DNA from: Phoronis australis
Taxonomy: Eukaryota; Animalia; Phoronida
Direction of reading: 5' to 3'
Assembly: GCA_002633005.1 (NCBI GenBank)
Contig: NMRA01000082.1
Span: forward strand, 224,576 to 288,575
DNA: 64,000 nucleotides
Below, piece by piece: positions 1 to 15,497 of the stretch. The notes below the pieces were generated by a model, which ran no database searches, had not been told where the DNA came from, and was given only the letters and a program-made list of their open reading frames with translations. Position numbers and translations under genes: made by a program. Numbering within the stretch: the first letter of the stretch is position 1; each line of letters starts with the position of its first letter.

Positions 1-468
1 GGTAAATCGGAATCGTGTTTCAAGACATCTGTGTAACAATCTACAGGCACCACTAAACAATGCCAAGTGAATAATAAATCAATAGCTTTCATTCAAGGAA
101 AAATATGAACAGTTAAAACTGGACAGTTTTTATACCGTGAAAACATGGCTGCGAAGCCGTAAAATGTGTTCGAGCCTATAACTTTAGAAAAACGCAATAT
201 TTTCAAGAAATATTTTACCGCTGTTTATAGATCCCATAGGACTACCTATGTGCCAAATTTGGTGAAAATCGGCTGACCCCCACCTTGCCGCTCATGGCTG
301 GTGCTCTCGTGGACTAGTACTTAATGTCAATGCAGAAAGTAGCAACAAAGACTATACTGCCAGAATATAGATGCTAAGGTCAAGGAATGACTGAAGTTAC
401 AAGAAGTTAATATAAAAAAATATACTGTCATAGATATAGACGCCAATTTGAAGTAACAGCTGCAGTTA

Positions 469-582
469 CAGGGGCGGATTCAGGATTTTAAAAAGGGGGC
501 TCAGATCTTCTAAATTTGATAATGCTAAAATCAAGGGAAAAAAAGGGGCCCGGATCCCCTTGACCCCTTGGATCCGCCTACG
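469..582. mobile_element. Short MITE-like element (CAGGGGCGGAT... / ...GGATCCGCCTACG)
   Basis: Imperfect TIRs flanked by AGTTA on both sides (464-468, 583-587). A related left end occurs at ~46998-47040. Confidence 0.6.
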
Positions 583-682
583 AGTTACGAGTGAAAAATT
601 TGTAAAAGAATTTACACCATTTAAGAAGACAGCCAGCATTTTCATCTATTTGCGAGTTAAACAGTGTGGGCTGCAATGCTCA

Positions 683-4687
<4,005 letters not shown>

Positions 4688-5203
4688 CGCTTTCCTACTA
4701 AAGCGCCGTCTGGAGCGCACTCAGAGCATTTGAGCACACACAAGAAGTGAAACTAACAAGTACTAAAATGTCAAAATCAATTCAATATATGTTATTATTA
4801 ACTCTTGCTGCTATTAATTAGATAGTAGTTATTTAATTCAATAAAAAATTCTGATTTATTTATTCATATTTATATGATTTAATCAGTTTTAACTCCGGCA
4901 TTCGATGTGTGCAATGTTTTTGTGACAACTTGATAACCGGATGGGGAAGTTTCGACACACATTTCAAAACATTGGAGATTTTGATTTCGTGTCAAGATGT
5001 TCGTTTTCTTATAAACCTGGCTTACCAGATAATGCACGTGTGTTTAGTTTTGAAAGAAAAAATTCCAGGACCTGTGTCTCACTTCTAATAGTTAGTTATT
5101 CCAAGTTAGAATTGTTTAAAGAATAATTGTTGTGTTAGGACAGGTTTGCATAATTGCAGATCACTACGACACTAGTCGTCAGACCTCAGACACAGTCTTA
5201 TAA

Positions 5204-5323
5204 GGCATTGGTCGGATAGCGGTCCCTGATTTTGAGAACTAGGCAGTCACTGAGTAACAGGCCCGTTATTCACTGGATGGAACTGGTTCTCAAAACCAGG
5301 GACCGCTATATCCGACCAGTGCC
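5204..5323. repeat. Hairpin repeat family (TTTGAGAACCAG...CTGGTTCTCAAA), well-preserved copy
   Basis: GGCATTGGTCGGATAGCGGTCCCTGATTTTGAGAAC ... GTTCTCAAAACCAGGGACCGCTATATCCGACCAGTGCC. Confidence 0.85.
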
Positions 5324-5499
5324 ATCTTATACTTTACTAGTAACTAGTGTCACCGTCTCAAATGGTCATCGCGACTGTGAAGCTCTTACTAGTCTTAGCC
5401 TTAGGAGCTATGACGTCATACCTCCAGTCGCAGAGCTTCGCTGTCACTAAAGCCATTAATCACTGTTTACAGATTGCTCTTTCACTGACTGTTGAAAAA

Positions 5500-5730
5500 T
5501 CTGCGGGAGTCGAAACTGGGATTCTTTGTGCGAGAGATATATAAGTGCCAAGCATCCAGACTGTTGGGCTACGAGGCAGTTGCCGCTTGGCAAGCGGCTT
5601 GGATGGGCTTCATTGAACTGTTAGACTCGGAAATCATGTGATATGTAGAAAATTTTTCCGGGACCGTGACTTGAACCCAGGTTTCCCATGTGACTGGCAA
5701 GTGTCCAAACCATTTGGCAAGCAATTTAGA
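5500..5730 (-). mobile_element. Two degenerate tRNA-like heads in tandem
   Basis: Minus strand has GTAGCCCAACAG...AGTTTCGACTCCC and AAATGGTTTGGACACTTGCCAGTCACATGGGAAACCTGGGTTCAAGTC. The latter resembles the tRNA-Asp(GTC) anticodon and T arms. Confidence 0.45.
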
Positions 5731-7323
5731 GGAGCTTCATGCGACTGCACGTCACACCCAGATGTCATGCATCACCCCACTACTCCCCCTTCTGCAGAGC
5801 AGGTGCGCCTCCTGACGGTGTATACTGATGTTTATGTGTACATGAAATTTTATTCAGGAAGATCTCAAGTTGGCATTGCTATTTCAGCCCAGCAGGTGTC
5901 AGGGCAAGGTTCTAGAGGTCAGTTTCAGCCCAGCAGTTGTCCGAGCAAGACTCCAAAGTGTATGGACAAGTCTTAGAATAGTTAGCTGAACAAGAGAACT
6001 AGTGAGTAGGTATGGTGCATTCCATTTTTATGAGTCACATGACCCAGCACACTATAATTATTATACTGTGGGGTTGAATGGCTGATAAGAATGCCTGTAG
6101 TTCACCCTTGGCCTTGTAGATTTTTGATAATTGCATACAGAATCAAACTTGTTTCGTCCTAATGTTGTATTTTAGCACTAACAAATATTGCTGTGCTGTG
6201 ACTGTTAGTGAATTGTAGATATGATAAACAGTTAGATTCAAGTGCCTGTGTATAGCAAAGAATGCTTATTGGAAATTGTGCCCTCCGTTGTTGAGTTAAT
6301 AAACACTCAATGAATCAAACCTGTGACCTTTCGGCTAAGGAATTGTACATCAGTGCAACTGTCTAAGGTCACATGGTTGTTGGACTGTCCGTAGAAAAAT
6401 ATCCAAATTTGGCATACTTTGGAACATCTTATCTCAACAATGGCTGATCGAATTCTTATGAAACTTTCAGGTGACATGCTTTGTGCACTTGTAGTATTCT
6501 CCAAGCAATGTGAGGACTTGTTTTTAGAATATTCCACTTTTGCCTGAGGGGTGATCAAGACATAGGACTTCAATGATTTTTTCTGAAAAGTCTTAAGAGT
6601 TGCATAAATTAAAAAGGAAGGGATAATTTAGAAAACTAACAGCGTTTTTAAGATGTCATCTTGAACATATAAATCAAATGAAATTTGGTCGTGTTGGGGT
6701 ACTGTAGTTTTCCTATGAATGTATCTTTTTTGCTAAATTTTAATGAAAAAACATGGTCACGTGTCCCAATTTATAGGAGATTTGTATAAAGTTAAAGTGT
6801 TAAAGTTAAATTCTACAGACTTTCTACTGTCAGAAAATATTTGATTAAATGCACAGATTTACCGATAAAGTCTTACATAACCTTGACTAGTTCCAACTAA
6901 AGGTATCGCAAGGTTACTCTTGTGCATAATACTGTAGTGTAACCTCATTAACTTCGGTCAAGGATGATTTCCAAGATTACATTCATTTTTCAAGCGCTTT
7001 TAAGGAATGCCCTTTTTACAAAATATTACCTAGAAGTATATAGGGTACAGAAATTGAAAAAATGGAAAGTCTTTAATTTGGAGCACTTGTATTTTTAGAG
7101 GAAAAATGAGAAAGTAAAATGTTATTTATTAATCTTAGTATGACCTAAATGGGTTAGAGTTTACCATAATTGGTCAATGTTCAGTGATTTCATGTTAGTC
7201 AAAGTCAGGGATCGTTACCTCTAAGTGTGACCCGACAATGAACTTTTGATGTCAACATACACAATTTGGTTAAACTAAATGTCTTGAGAGGATGTCTAGG
7301 GTACTGACCATTTAGGCAATGCA

Positions 7324-7424
7324 GGTAGTCTGTTTTGGTGGTCCCTGATTTAGGTAATCATTGACTAGTGCCTGTTATTCAATGGCCAAAACTGCCTTTA
7401 AATCAGGGACTACCAAATGTGACC
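7324..7424. repeat. Hairpin repeat family, degenerate copy
   Basis: TGGTGGTCCCTGATTTA...GCCTGTTATTCAATGG..AACTG...TAAATCAGGGACTACCA. Confidence 0.55.
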
Positions 7425-7520
7425 ATTCTCTTTGAATTTGGTGCAAAACCAAAAATGTTAAAAGGTACCAAATGTGACTATTCTCTTTGAATTTGGTGCA
7501 AAACCAAAAATGTTATAAGG
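7411..7520. repeat. Tandem duplication, ~55-bp unit x2
   Basis: TACCAAATGTGAC(C/T)ATTCTCTTTGAATTTGGTGCAAAACCAAAAATGTTA occurs twice. Confidence 0.9.
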
Positions 7521-7672
7521 TTGTAACTAGTTACAAGCATTTCTCTGCACTTCTTTGAAAATCTACTATTGGAATTTGCAAAACCAAGCTTTTGGTAGCT
7601 CAGGGTTGAAAAACAAACCGCGGTACTAACCATGGAAACCTTGGTACACTGACCTTGATTTTTCAGCCTAGC

Positions 7673-10600
7673 ATGTCGTTTGACACACAGAGCCTGTCCA
7701 GCATAGCCAGTAATGAGTCGGTAAGACACGATTCGTTAGCGGTCAAACGGCGCGTTCTTGGCCAGCTACATGACGACCTACTGGCTGCAGATGTTCGCTG
7801 GTGCTTATTTGTTGGCGCGGCAACCAGCTATCGCCACGACACTGTTCTCAAGCCGTTTCCACCCATGTATATTGAGGATTACAACGAGAAAAATTTTGCA
7901 CGTCTGGTAAATCGATTTTTTTATTTATTAGTGTAATCTTGGAAATTGTTTTCCCATATTATCTTGTTTTTCATTCACTCCCTTGCATTGATTCACAAGT
8001 AAGTCTGACCTCACAGGAGTAAGGGACAGTGTTATGGGTGGTAATAGTCAGATATAACTGGCTGGCATTTTAAGACCCAGTTTTCTCCACCCAATAATGG
8101 GCATCAACTGGTTCTCAAAATGTGGGCTCTAATTTCTTACAGGTGTTCTAGGTTTTGAGAACCTGTTTATCAGTGGAGGAAACTGGTTCTCTAAATCTGG
8201 TAAACCCCTGTAAATGACTATGTTACCCTGTTGCATAATTCTTGCTTGCTTGACAGTGAAGCGTGGACTTGAACGCCTGCCTGTCCGTGTGTCATCAAGT
8301 GCCGAGGCTCTTCAGAAAGGAGTCAGGAACTCTGGCTAGTAACCCACACTGTCTCTACAGGCTAATAACTATTAACTTGGAAGTTTGCAAACTCACAAAA
8401 TAAATTTGAATTGTCAACATATGTATGAGGATCAATAAGGAATTAATTATTGGGCTACAGGGCTGTCCCTTAGAAAGTTAGTGAAACTACCTATTGGGCT
8501 ACAGGGTGAACCTTAAGGTAGTGAAACTACCTATTGGGCTACAGGGTGTCCTTAAAGTTAAGTGAAACTGCCTATTGGGGTACAGGGCTGTACCTAAAGT
8601 GAGTGAAACTACCTATTTGGCTACAGGGTGCCTCTAAGGGCAGTGAAACTACTTATTGGGCTACAGGATGTCCCTAAAGATAGTGAAACTACTTATTGGC
8701 TGAGAAAGATTGCCTGTTCACAATTCATTCAAATTCACCATAAGTCAGATTTTAGTTTGGGTTTGATTTTTTTTTACAAAGTGTAAAAAAATAGATTATA
8801 CTCAGTATTAGCCTAGGTAGACACTGCGTCGATTACCCCAAGACTTTATGTCTGCAAACTTTAAAGTTAAAAGCAGCATTTATCCAGGTATACAAAACTA
8901 TTTGAGAATATTTGCACATTCTGATATTAGAGCAATGATTGTAAGTGCAAATAATTGGAGAAATATTTGTGTTGGAAGACTTACTGAATTTGTCAGAATG
9001 TAATGCGGCAGGTTTTCATTTTTTCTAGCTATCTGTGATTGATGAGGTGCCACCCTTTGACACCCTCTTGGCTTCCAACTGTGAGCATGTCAGTAATGAA
9101 GCCCTGGCTTTGGTTGACTGGGTGCTCAACAGAAATCGTAACCCGACCTTACACCATGTGGACAGCTCTGTCGTAAGTGCTTAAACGGCTGCTTTTCATT
9201 CATGTCAACTAAGTTCTGATAAAATCCCATGTGTCATTGATTGAACTATACACGGTAAACATCAGCAGGTGAGTTGCAGGTTTGTTTACATCGTGAAAAC
9301 ACCCAATGATGAAAATTCATTTTGAAAAGTATGGCTTAAAGTTTATTCACCAGTATGAAAAATATCGCCCGTCCTGAACCTGGAATTGAACCCAGCATCT
9401 CGTGTTTATTGGCTGGGCACTCAGTGTTCGGTAGATCCTGGGTTCACTTCATAGGTCGTGATATGCAATTAGGTAAAAAACTAGAGCGCTGTCGAGAATG
9501 AATTTAATCATTAAACTATAATTTACATCCTTGGTAGTGATTAAGATACTTTTTGGGACCTGTAATGCATGTTTGGATTTTGTATGACTAATACGAACAT
9601 GTCATGAGTAAGGATTATAAAATACGTGACAAAGGAAAAACAAGTTCTAAATTGTACGAAACATTTCGTAAATGATTGTACAGACAGAAACCTGGCCAGT
9701 TGCCAAGAGAATCGAAGACGTAGAATCCACATTAATCAACTGTTCTAATCTGTCGTGATGTGCAGTTTGAAAATGATGCTATGGCGAGTTTGTATTGTAA
9801 TTTTGAGAGTTTGTGTCACAATAGTCTCCATAGAGTGGACTACAAATTGGTAACATTAATTGCACTTGGTATGTGCCTTCTCGGCAATAGTCTGATATAA
9901 CGTTCCTGTATTTTGTGAACCGGTGTGATGCACGTTATTCAGTGGAGAAAACTGCTTCTCAAAATTGGGGCACGTTATATCGGACAATTACGTGCCTACT
10001 CTATAGTAATTAACACCCAACCATAACCAAAATATGCATATGGACAAAAATAGGCAGGTGATATTATTCAAAATTCACTTGTTTTGCAAGTATGACCAGT
10101 GATATCACAATTCCTATCTGACAGATGTGTCAGTTTGAATTAATTTCAATTACTGCATGTCCGCTGAATGTATGCCAATGATGAATGTTTATCTTGGTAG
10201 AATCGTGCTTTGTTATAGATTTCGTAAAGAATTTTTGTTGAATTTTCATGGCCTTGTTGTATCCCAGTTCCAGCAAATCAGTAAGCTTACCGGGATGACT
10301 GGAGCAGTCGCGCGACCTAGTCATATTTTCAAAGTGGAGCCGGGCCGCACCAGCTCGGCCAAGTTCAAGGCCATACGTCAAGACCGCCAGCTGATTTACG
10401 CGTTCCACGGCAGCCGGCTTGAGAACTTCCACTCAATACTCAACCATGGTCTGCATAACCACATGAACAAGGTTAGCTGGTAGATAGACAACTCTGGATT
10501 GGAAAAAACAAAGGGCGAAATAAACAAGTATTTTACAGTAAAAAATCTCCAGTGACTAAAAATGACAAATTTCTATGGCAATCTTGCATCAGCCTCAGCG

Positions 10601-13600
10601 TCAGATTTCCTACCTTTTTCTAGTTGACAATTTCTTCTGACTAATTAAACTCTTAATTACCGTCGTTAAGAAACAAGCTGAAACCGATTTTATAGTGAAA
10701 AGTGGTCTAAATGTAAATTATTTTGGGGCAAGCCAAATGATAAGTGGTTTTATGTCGAGCTTTATACCATGTTGGCATTGATTGGGTCATAATACCATGT
10801 TGGCATTGATTGGGTCATAATACCATGTTGCCATTGATTGGGTCGTAATACAATGTTTAGTACAATTCAGCTAACAGAAAAGTCCGCTCATTGCAAAAAT
10901 GATATCAATAGTTTTGAATTTTTGATTTGGTTTTGTGAACAACTTATCTATTTGTTTCAATAAAAATTGTAAGTCACAATTTTTATAGCTTCCCGTGCAA
11001 AATAGAACTTTTTAAAATCAATTCAAAAAGTATTGTAGAGAACAGTGCATCAATTATAATATCCAAAAATTTCATTTTAATTCAATTACGGTATTCGCCA
11101 TAATAACCGCCCAGGGCGCTTAGAAAAGTTCGGTTCAGGGGGGGGCGCTTATTATAACCCAAGGCGGTTGAAACCCGGTCTCCGAAACAGATGAAATCGG
11201 AAGCTAAGATTCATCAAATTTACGCTCTGTGACGTATCTGTAATCTACGAAAAACTTTGCTGCTAAATCAATTACGATCATTTTACAGAAAATTGTGCTG
11301 AAATCCCAGGGCGAAAACTCGCCGACTGACTGCCTCGAAATCGCCGTCTTCGATATGGCGACTTCAGTGCTTGAATAAAAATAGTTTTGACTCAAGCAAA
11401 TTACCTGAAATCCTCATTAAGAGCTCATTTGCCAAAGCAGAGACCGTCTTTTTGCCAGAGCCACGCAATCTAACGAGCTATGTGCATTGTGTCTAAAGAG
11501 TCGAGCAGTAGGCCTAAACCAGAGCGTGTTTCATTCAGCACTTGGTCTCGTGCTAAAAACGTTCGACATTTGTCTCGGTAAGGCCCATATTAGTTGCCGT
11601 GTAGCTCGATGCGTACATACGTATAACTATCTGACAGTTATTTTTCGGTGTAATGGTGTGTAAGCATTCACTGTCAGTTGTCATTTTATCGGATATTCGG
11701 CTTAAAAACACCAATTATGGTTAATCAAACAATCCATCTCAAAAATAATGCAAACATGTTTTATAGTATTAGAAATTGTCAGAAATTAGTGCCAATATTC
11801 ATTTCCTACCGATGCTATGCTACCCGTTTCATGAATGGATAGTTCCCGACTAATGTCTTTGATTACAGGTTCATATATTTAGCGCGCGCTTCTTGGCCAC
11901 GTGCGTTTAACACCGAGTTATTTTTATTCATAGACAGTCGATGTGTCTACTGAAAGGTCAGACCATGGTGGGACACGTTCGTCACGCGAGTAGCAACGCT
12001 GTTGCGTTCTTTTTGAAGCGCTGCGTTACTTTGAAGTGTATAGTCACGGCTAAATACAAACGTAGCAGTGCCGCTGGTTGTCTAGAAGACCCGTGCAAAA
12101 TTTTTTTGATAAATTGAAGACGTTACTGTAGCCGAGTTTTAGGACTGTAGGTACGTCATTGTTCGCATGTACACGTTCACGGACTGAGCGCTTATTTCAG
12201 CAAAGTCTGAAAACGCGTGGGGGGCGCTTATAGGGGCATGGGCGGTTATTATGGCGAATACGGTAAGCATTTTTAATTTTATGATTTTTCCTTACCTTGG
12301 CAAACATTCTGCGTTTTATCAGTGAACATGGGCGTATCTACTTTTATAATCCATTAACAAGCGTTTAGCAGTTAATTCAATTTCAAAACAAATGGCTGTC
12401 CCCATATGTTTGCCCATCAAGAGTATTGTACGTGGGCATATGAATTCCCTGAGTCAGATTTTGATTTAAATGAGATGGCTGTAATGCCAACCGTTACATA
12501 TTTACTTATGGCATCAAAATCAGTCTGCAGAATGTTTCCATTTTTTGAGTATGTATTTCTCCTTGAAAATCAGTTGAAATTAAAATACGAAACCACTTTT
12601 GAAATAATCGGCATTTTTGAAGCGCCGTCCATAAAGTTCGGACAGAAAAATCCAATGAATGATGTAATAGTCAGGAGCAGGTGGTTGGATGAGTAAGACA
12701 CGGCACAAATACAAGCGCATATTAATGTAATGTGCATGTTGAGTTGAAGATTAGTTTGTGAATGACCGGCTAAATAATGAAAAATGTTCTTTAGTGACTT
12801 TTGATTGTTGATGTAATTTGCTTTGAAAAATGTGTCAAACGTGGAAGTTTGGAGACCGATGAATTCCAAGGAATTAAATTATATGTTAAAGTTTTTGAAA
12901 ATGGGGGAAAATTCACGATGTTTGTTGTGGTGACTTCAACTCTGAGAACTCGGTAGTTCACAATTTCTTGGGTGGATCGGAAATAATCGAGATTTGTTGA
13001 AACTCGCCTTCCGATGCAAAGAGATCCACCGCAGTGTGATGATCCGAGCTTGTAGAAAACGACGCTTCTTTAAGTTAACTTTATTCGAATAAATTTGTTG
13101 TTTTTTGGCTATTGGCAAACGTGCACCTTTTTGCTTGCAAAATTCAGATTTTTAACGTTACGTGAAAGTTTACCGATTATGTGTTTAAAAACAGCCTGGC
13201 AGCCCTGTCAATTATATATGTCTACATTCTTTATAAGCACTAGTGCTAGGCTAATAATTACTTTTGCTTTTTCAGAATGCCCTATTTGGTGAGGGTACTT
13301 ACCTGTCTAGTGAGCTGTCTGTGTCTATGCCCTATAGTCCTGTTGGTAGCGGATGGCAACATAGTTGTGTTGGCAGCAGTCTATCTTGCGTCGCTGTCTG
13401 TGAGTTGATTGACGACGCGTCAGTCAAGCGGCATGTGCGCGGTAAGCATTGAGATGGCTCTCAAGGGTGGTTGATATCGCCCATCTGTGCATACCTCATA
13501 CACATCCATGCACCCTTTTTTGTTTTTTCCCACACAGTGCAATCCGTAGTGGCTGCAGATCTTTTTGCTGTAGACACAAAAAAGTTTGTTTCTTTGTTTA

Positions 13601-15497
13601 TGTTTCATTTCGGTTCACATGTTTTATGTTTATGTGTACGTGCCTCGTACACAGTTATCCAGTCACTATTTGTCTTCATACTTAGTTAGCCAATGAGTAT
13701 TTGTCTTGTACAAGGTTATTTAGCATTTCAGTGAAGCAGTTTTTTGAGTGCATTTTTTCAAAAACATGGAACCGGTCTTGTTTTCAATCATCGCATCATC
13801 GCCACTTGCAGTTGAAGCAATTGGTGAACTTCGTTTGATCGTTGGTTTTAATTTGAACAGATCATTTTTCTTATAACGGAGGGAACAAATACTTGGGAAT
13901 CGCCCAGAAAAGAATTGCGTAAGTATGGAAGTGCAGCTCATGAGAATAGAAAAGTGTTAGTGGGAACAGAAGTGTAGTTTGTGAGAGAGGAAGAGTGGCT
14001 GCTTCACATTGAGTCTATTCTTCCAACTGTGTGCTGCACAGTATTGAGCTGAGTTTTTACCATATAAATTTTCTGTTTTAGATGGATCGGGGTCGAAGGA
14101 CCCGAGGTTATCCAAAGTTGCCGGGAGTATCGGCGGCAGTGTGCCTGACAAGTACTACGTCGTTCGCAATAACGAGATGTTGAGAGTTAAATACCTACTC
14201 GTGTATGTCGAACAAAAACTACGCAATCACACCGTACGGTAAGATCGCAATTGTCCTGATTAATTGTCCAGGGTATTTGAAGTGACAAACAACTCTTTGA
14301 ATAGAGGTGTGCATTGTGGGTGGATTTTGACTCGAGTGACTTATGTCTGTTAATTCCCAGACAGTTAGTTGCATTGATGCCATTTACTTAACATGCAGAA
14401 GTAGGCCATGTGCTGTTTCAAATTCACTGGTAATTGAATAGTACTTGGTTGCTGAAGTCATCCATAGATGGCGCAAGGGCATGATCATTTGTTCACAAAT
14501 CATGAATGTTTGAATTAGGGTGGGTGTGCACCTGAATGCGGGCATTGAAAAGTTAAAAGTTTGAAACTTTTGAGTGAGTCTTTACGTGCATGTTTTTGGG
14601 CCCGCGCGCTTATATTGATCATGATGGATTTTTTCAGAGAAAGTTTTGCCCATACTGTTAAATTTACAATATTTTCTTTTTTATTTCAATGCTAAAACAT
14701 TAAACATTACGTAAATGACACATGGGTGTGATATATTTCAAGAAGCAAAAATGAAACAATAACAATAAAATGATCCAGAACTGAAAAAGTCTTTCCATTG
14801 CTTTAAAGTTTGCTGCCAAATAACTTTTCAATGCCTTCTAACACCACGTGAATGTTCACATTTTTCAAAAATATTGTCTGGTGATAGTATAGAACTTGCA
14901 TCTTTATAAACCAGTATATTCAGTGTTCTTTATGATTCATGAAAAAATGAAACCTGTGTCCTTATTTTGTGAGATTTTACCAGGCAGCGTTCATCTGTTG
15001 TCCGAGTGGCTTTGTAATTTAACCACTCTTGTGTGGCTTCATTTTGAAGCCCCTGACTTGGTTCTCTTAGGCCAAAAATGCTTAGTTGGTTCATGTTTGT
15101 TTTTTGCTGTCTTTTTGAAATAAGAAATCCACTAAGCCAACCAAAAATTATGATTTTTTTTACTCATCGCTTGGCAAACCATTTGTTGCAAACACTATGT
15201 ACTTTGTGTAGCTTTGCAAGAAATTGATGTCAGTGGGCAGTTTTTTAGTCGGTGAGAGCAAGTATTGAAATGAATCGAGGTAAAGACCAGAACTAACTTT
15301 GCCTTGTTTGGCCTTATGTTGCATTTTATGAAATATTCACTAATTGCAGACCTCCATCTGGTAGACGTCTGCTGCACTGGCTTTCCAAGCACAAGTTTGC
15401 AGTGTTTCTGGTACTGTACGGAGTTCTACTATTGGCCATTGGATTGTCCAACTCCCGAACATTCCAAACCTTTTTGCTGAACACGTTCCGTATGTGA
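7673..15497 (+). CDS. PARP16: Mono-ADP-ribosyltransferase PARP16 (ARTD15), ER tail-anchored, ~350 aa, 6 coding exons
   Basis: Exons 7673-7906, 9029-9172, 10268-10471, 13276-13441, 14082-14238, 15350-15497 total 1053 nt in frame. Motifs: AADVRWCLFVGAATSYRHDTVLKPFP, AFHGSRLENFHSILNHGL, LFGEGTYLSSELSVS, VPDKYYVVRNNEMLRVKYLLVY, plus a C-terminal TM segment FAVFLVLYGVLLLAIGL. An acceptor at 7665-7666 implies an upstream 5'UTR exon. Confidence 0.95.
8039..8214. repeat. Hairpin repeat family, two adjacent copies
   Basis: Two AACTGGTTCTC cores at ~8106-8116 and ~8181-8191, each with an inverted partner. Confidence 0.7.
8448..8701. repeat. Minisatellite, ~40-bp unit x ~6
   Basis: AGTGAAACTACCTATTGGGCTACAGGG recurs every 40-44 bp. 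Confidence 0.92.
9883..9991. repeat. Hairpin repeat family copy
   Basis: AATAGTCTGATATAACG...GTTATTCAGTGGAGAAAACTGCTTCTCAAAATT...CGTTATATCGGACAATT. Confidence 0.75.
10785..10857. repeat. Tandem repeat, 28-bp unit x ~2.5
   Basis: ATACCATGTTGGCATTGATTGGGTCATA. Confidence 0.85.
11089..12263. mobile_element. 1175-bp non-autonomous Tc1/mariner/pogo-type DNA transposon in PARP16 intron 3
   Basis: 25-bp TIRs C(G/C)GTATTCGCCATAATAACCGCCCA with 1 mismatch, TA on both flanks (11087-88, 12264-65), and subterminal G(G/A)GCGCTTA repeats at both ends. No transposase ORF. Confidence 0.85.

Noticed and set aside
1-316. Possible right end of another DNA element (TGCCAAATTTGGTGAAAATCGG...CTCGTGGACTA)
   Set aside because: Truncated by the window edge with no second copy or partner TIR visible, so it cannot be supported.
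5657-5730. Functional tRNA-Asp gene
   Set aside because: Acceptor and D stems do not pair; only degenerate boxes remain, so it is treated as a tRNA-derived repeat.
8448-8701. CRISPR-like repeat/spacer array
   Set aside because: Spacers are 12-17 bp and homologous to each other, there are no cas genes, and it lies in a eukaryotic intron.
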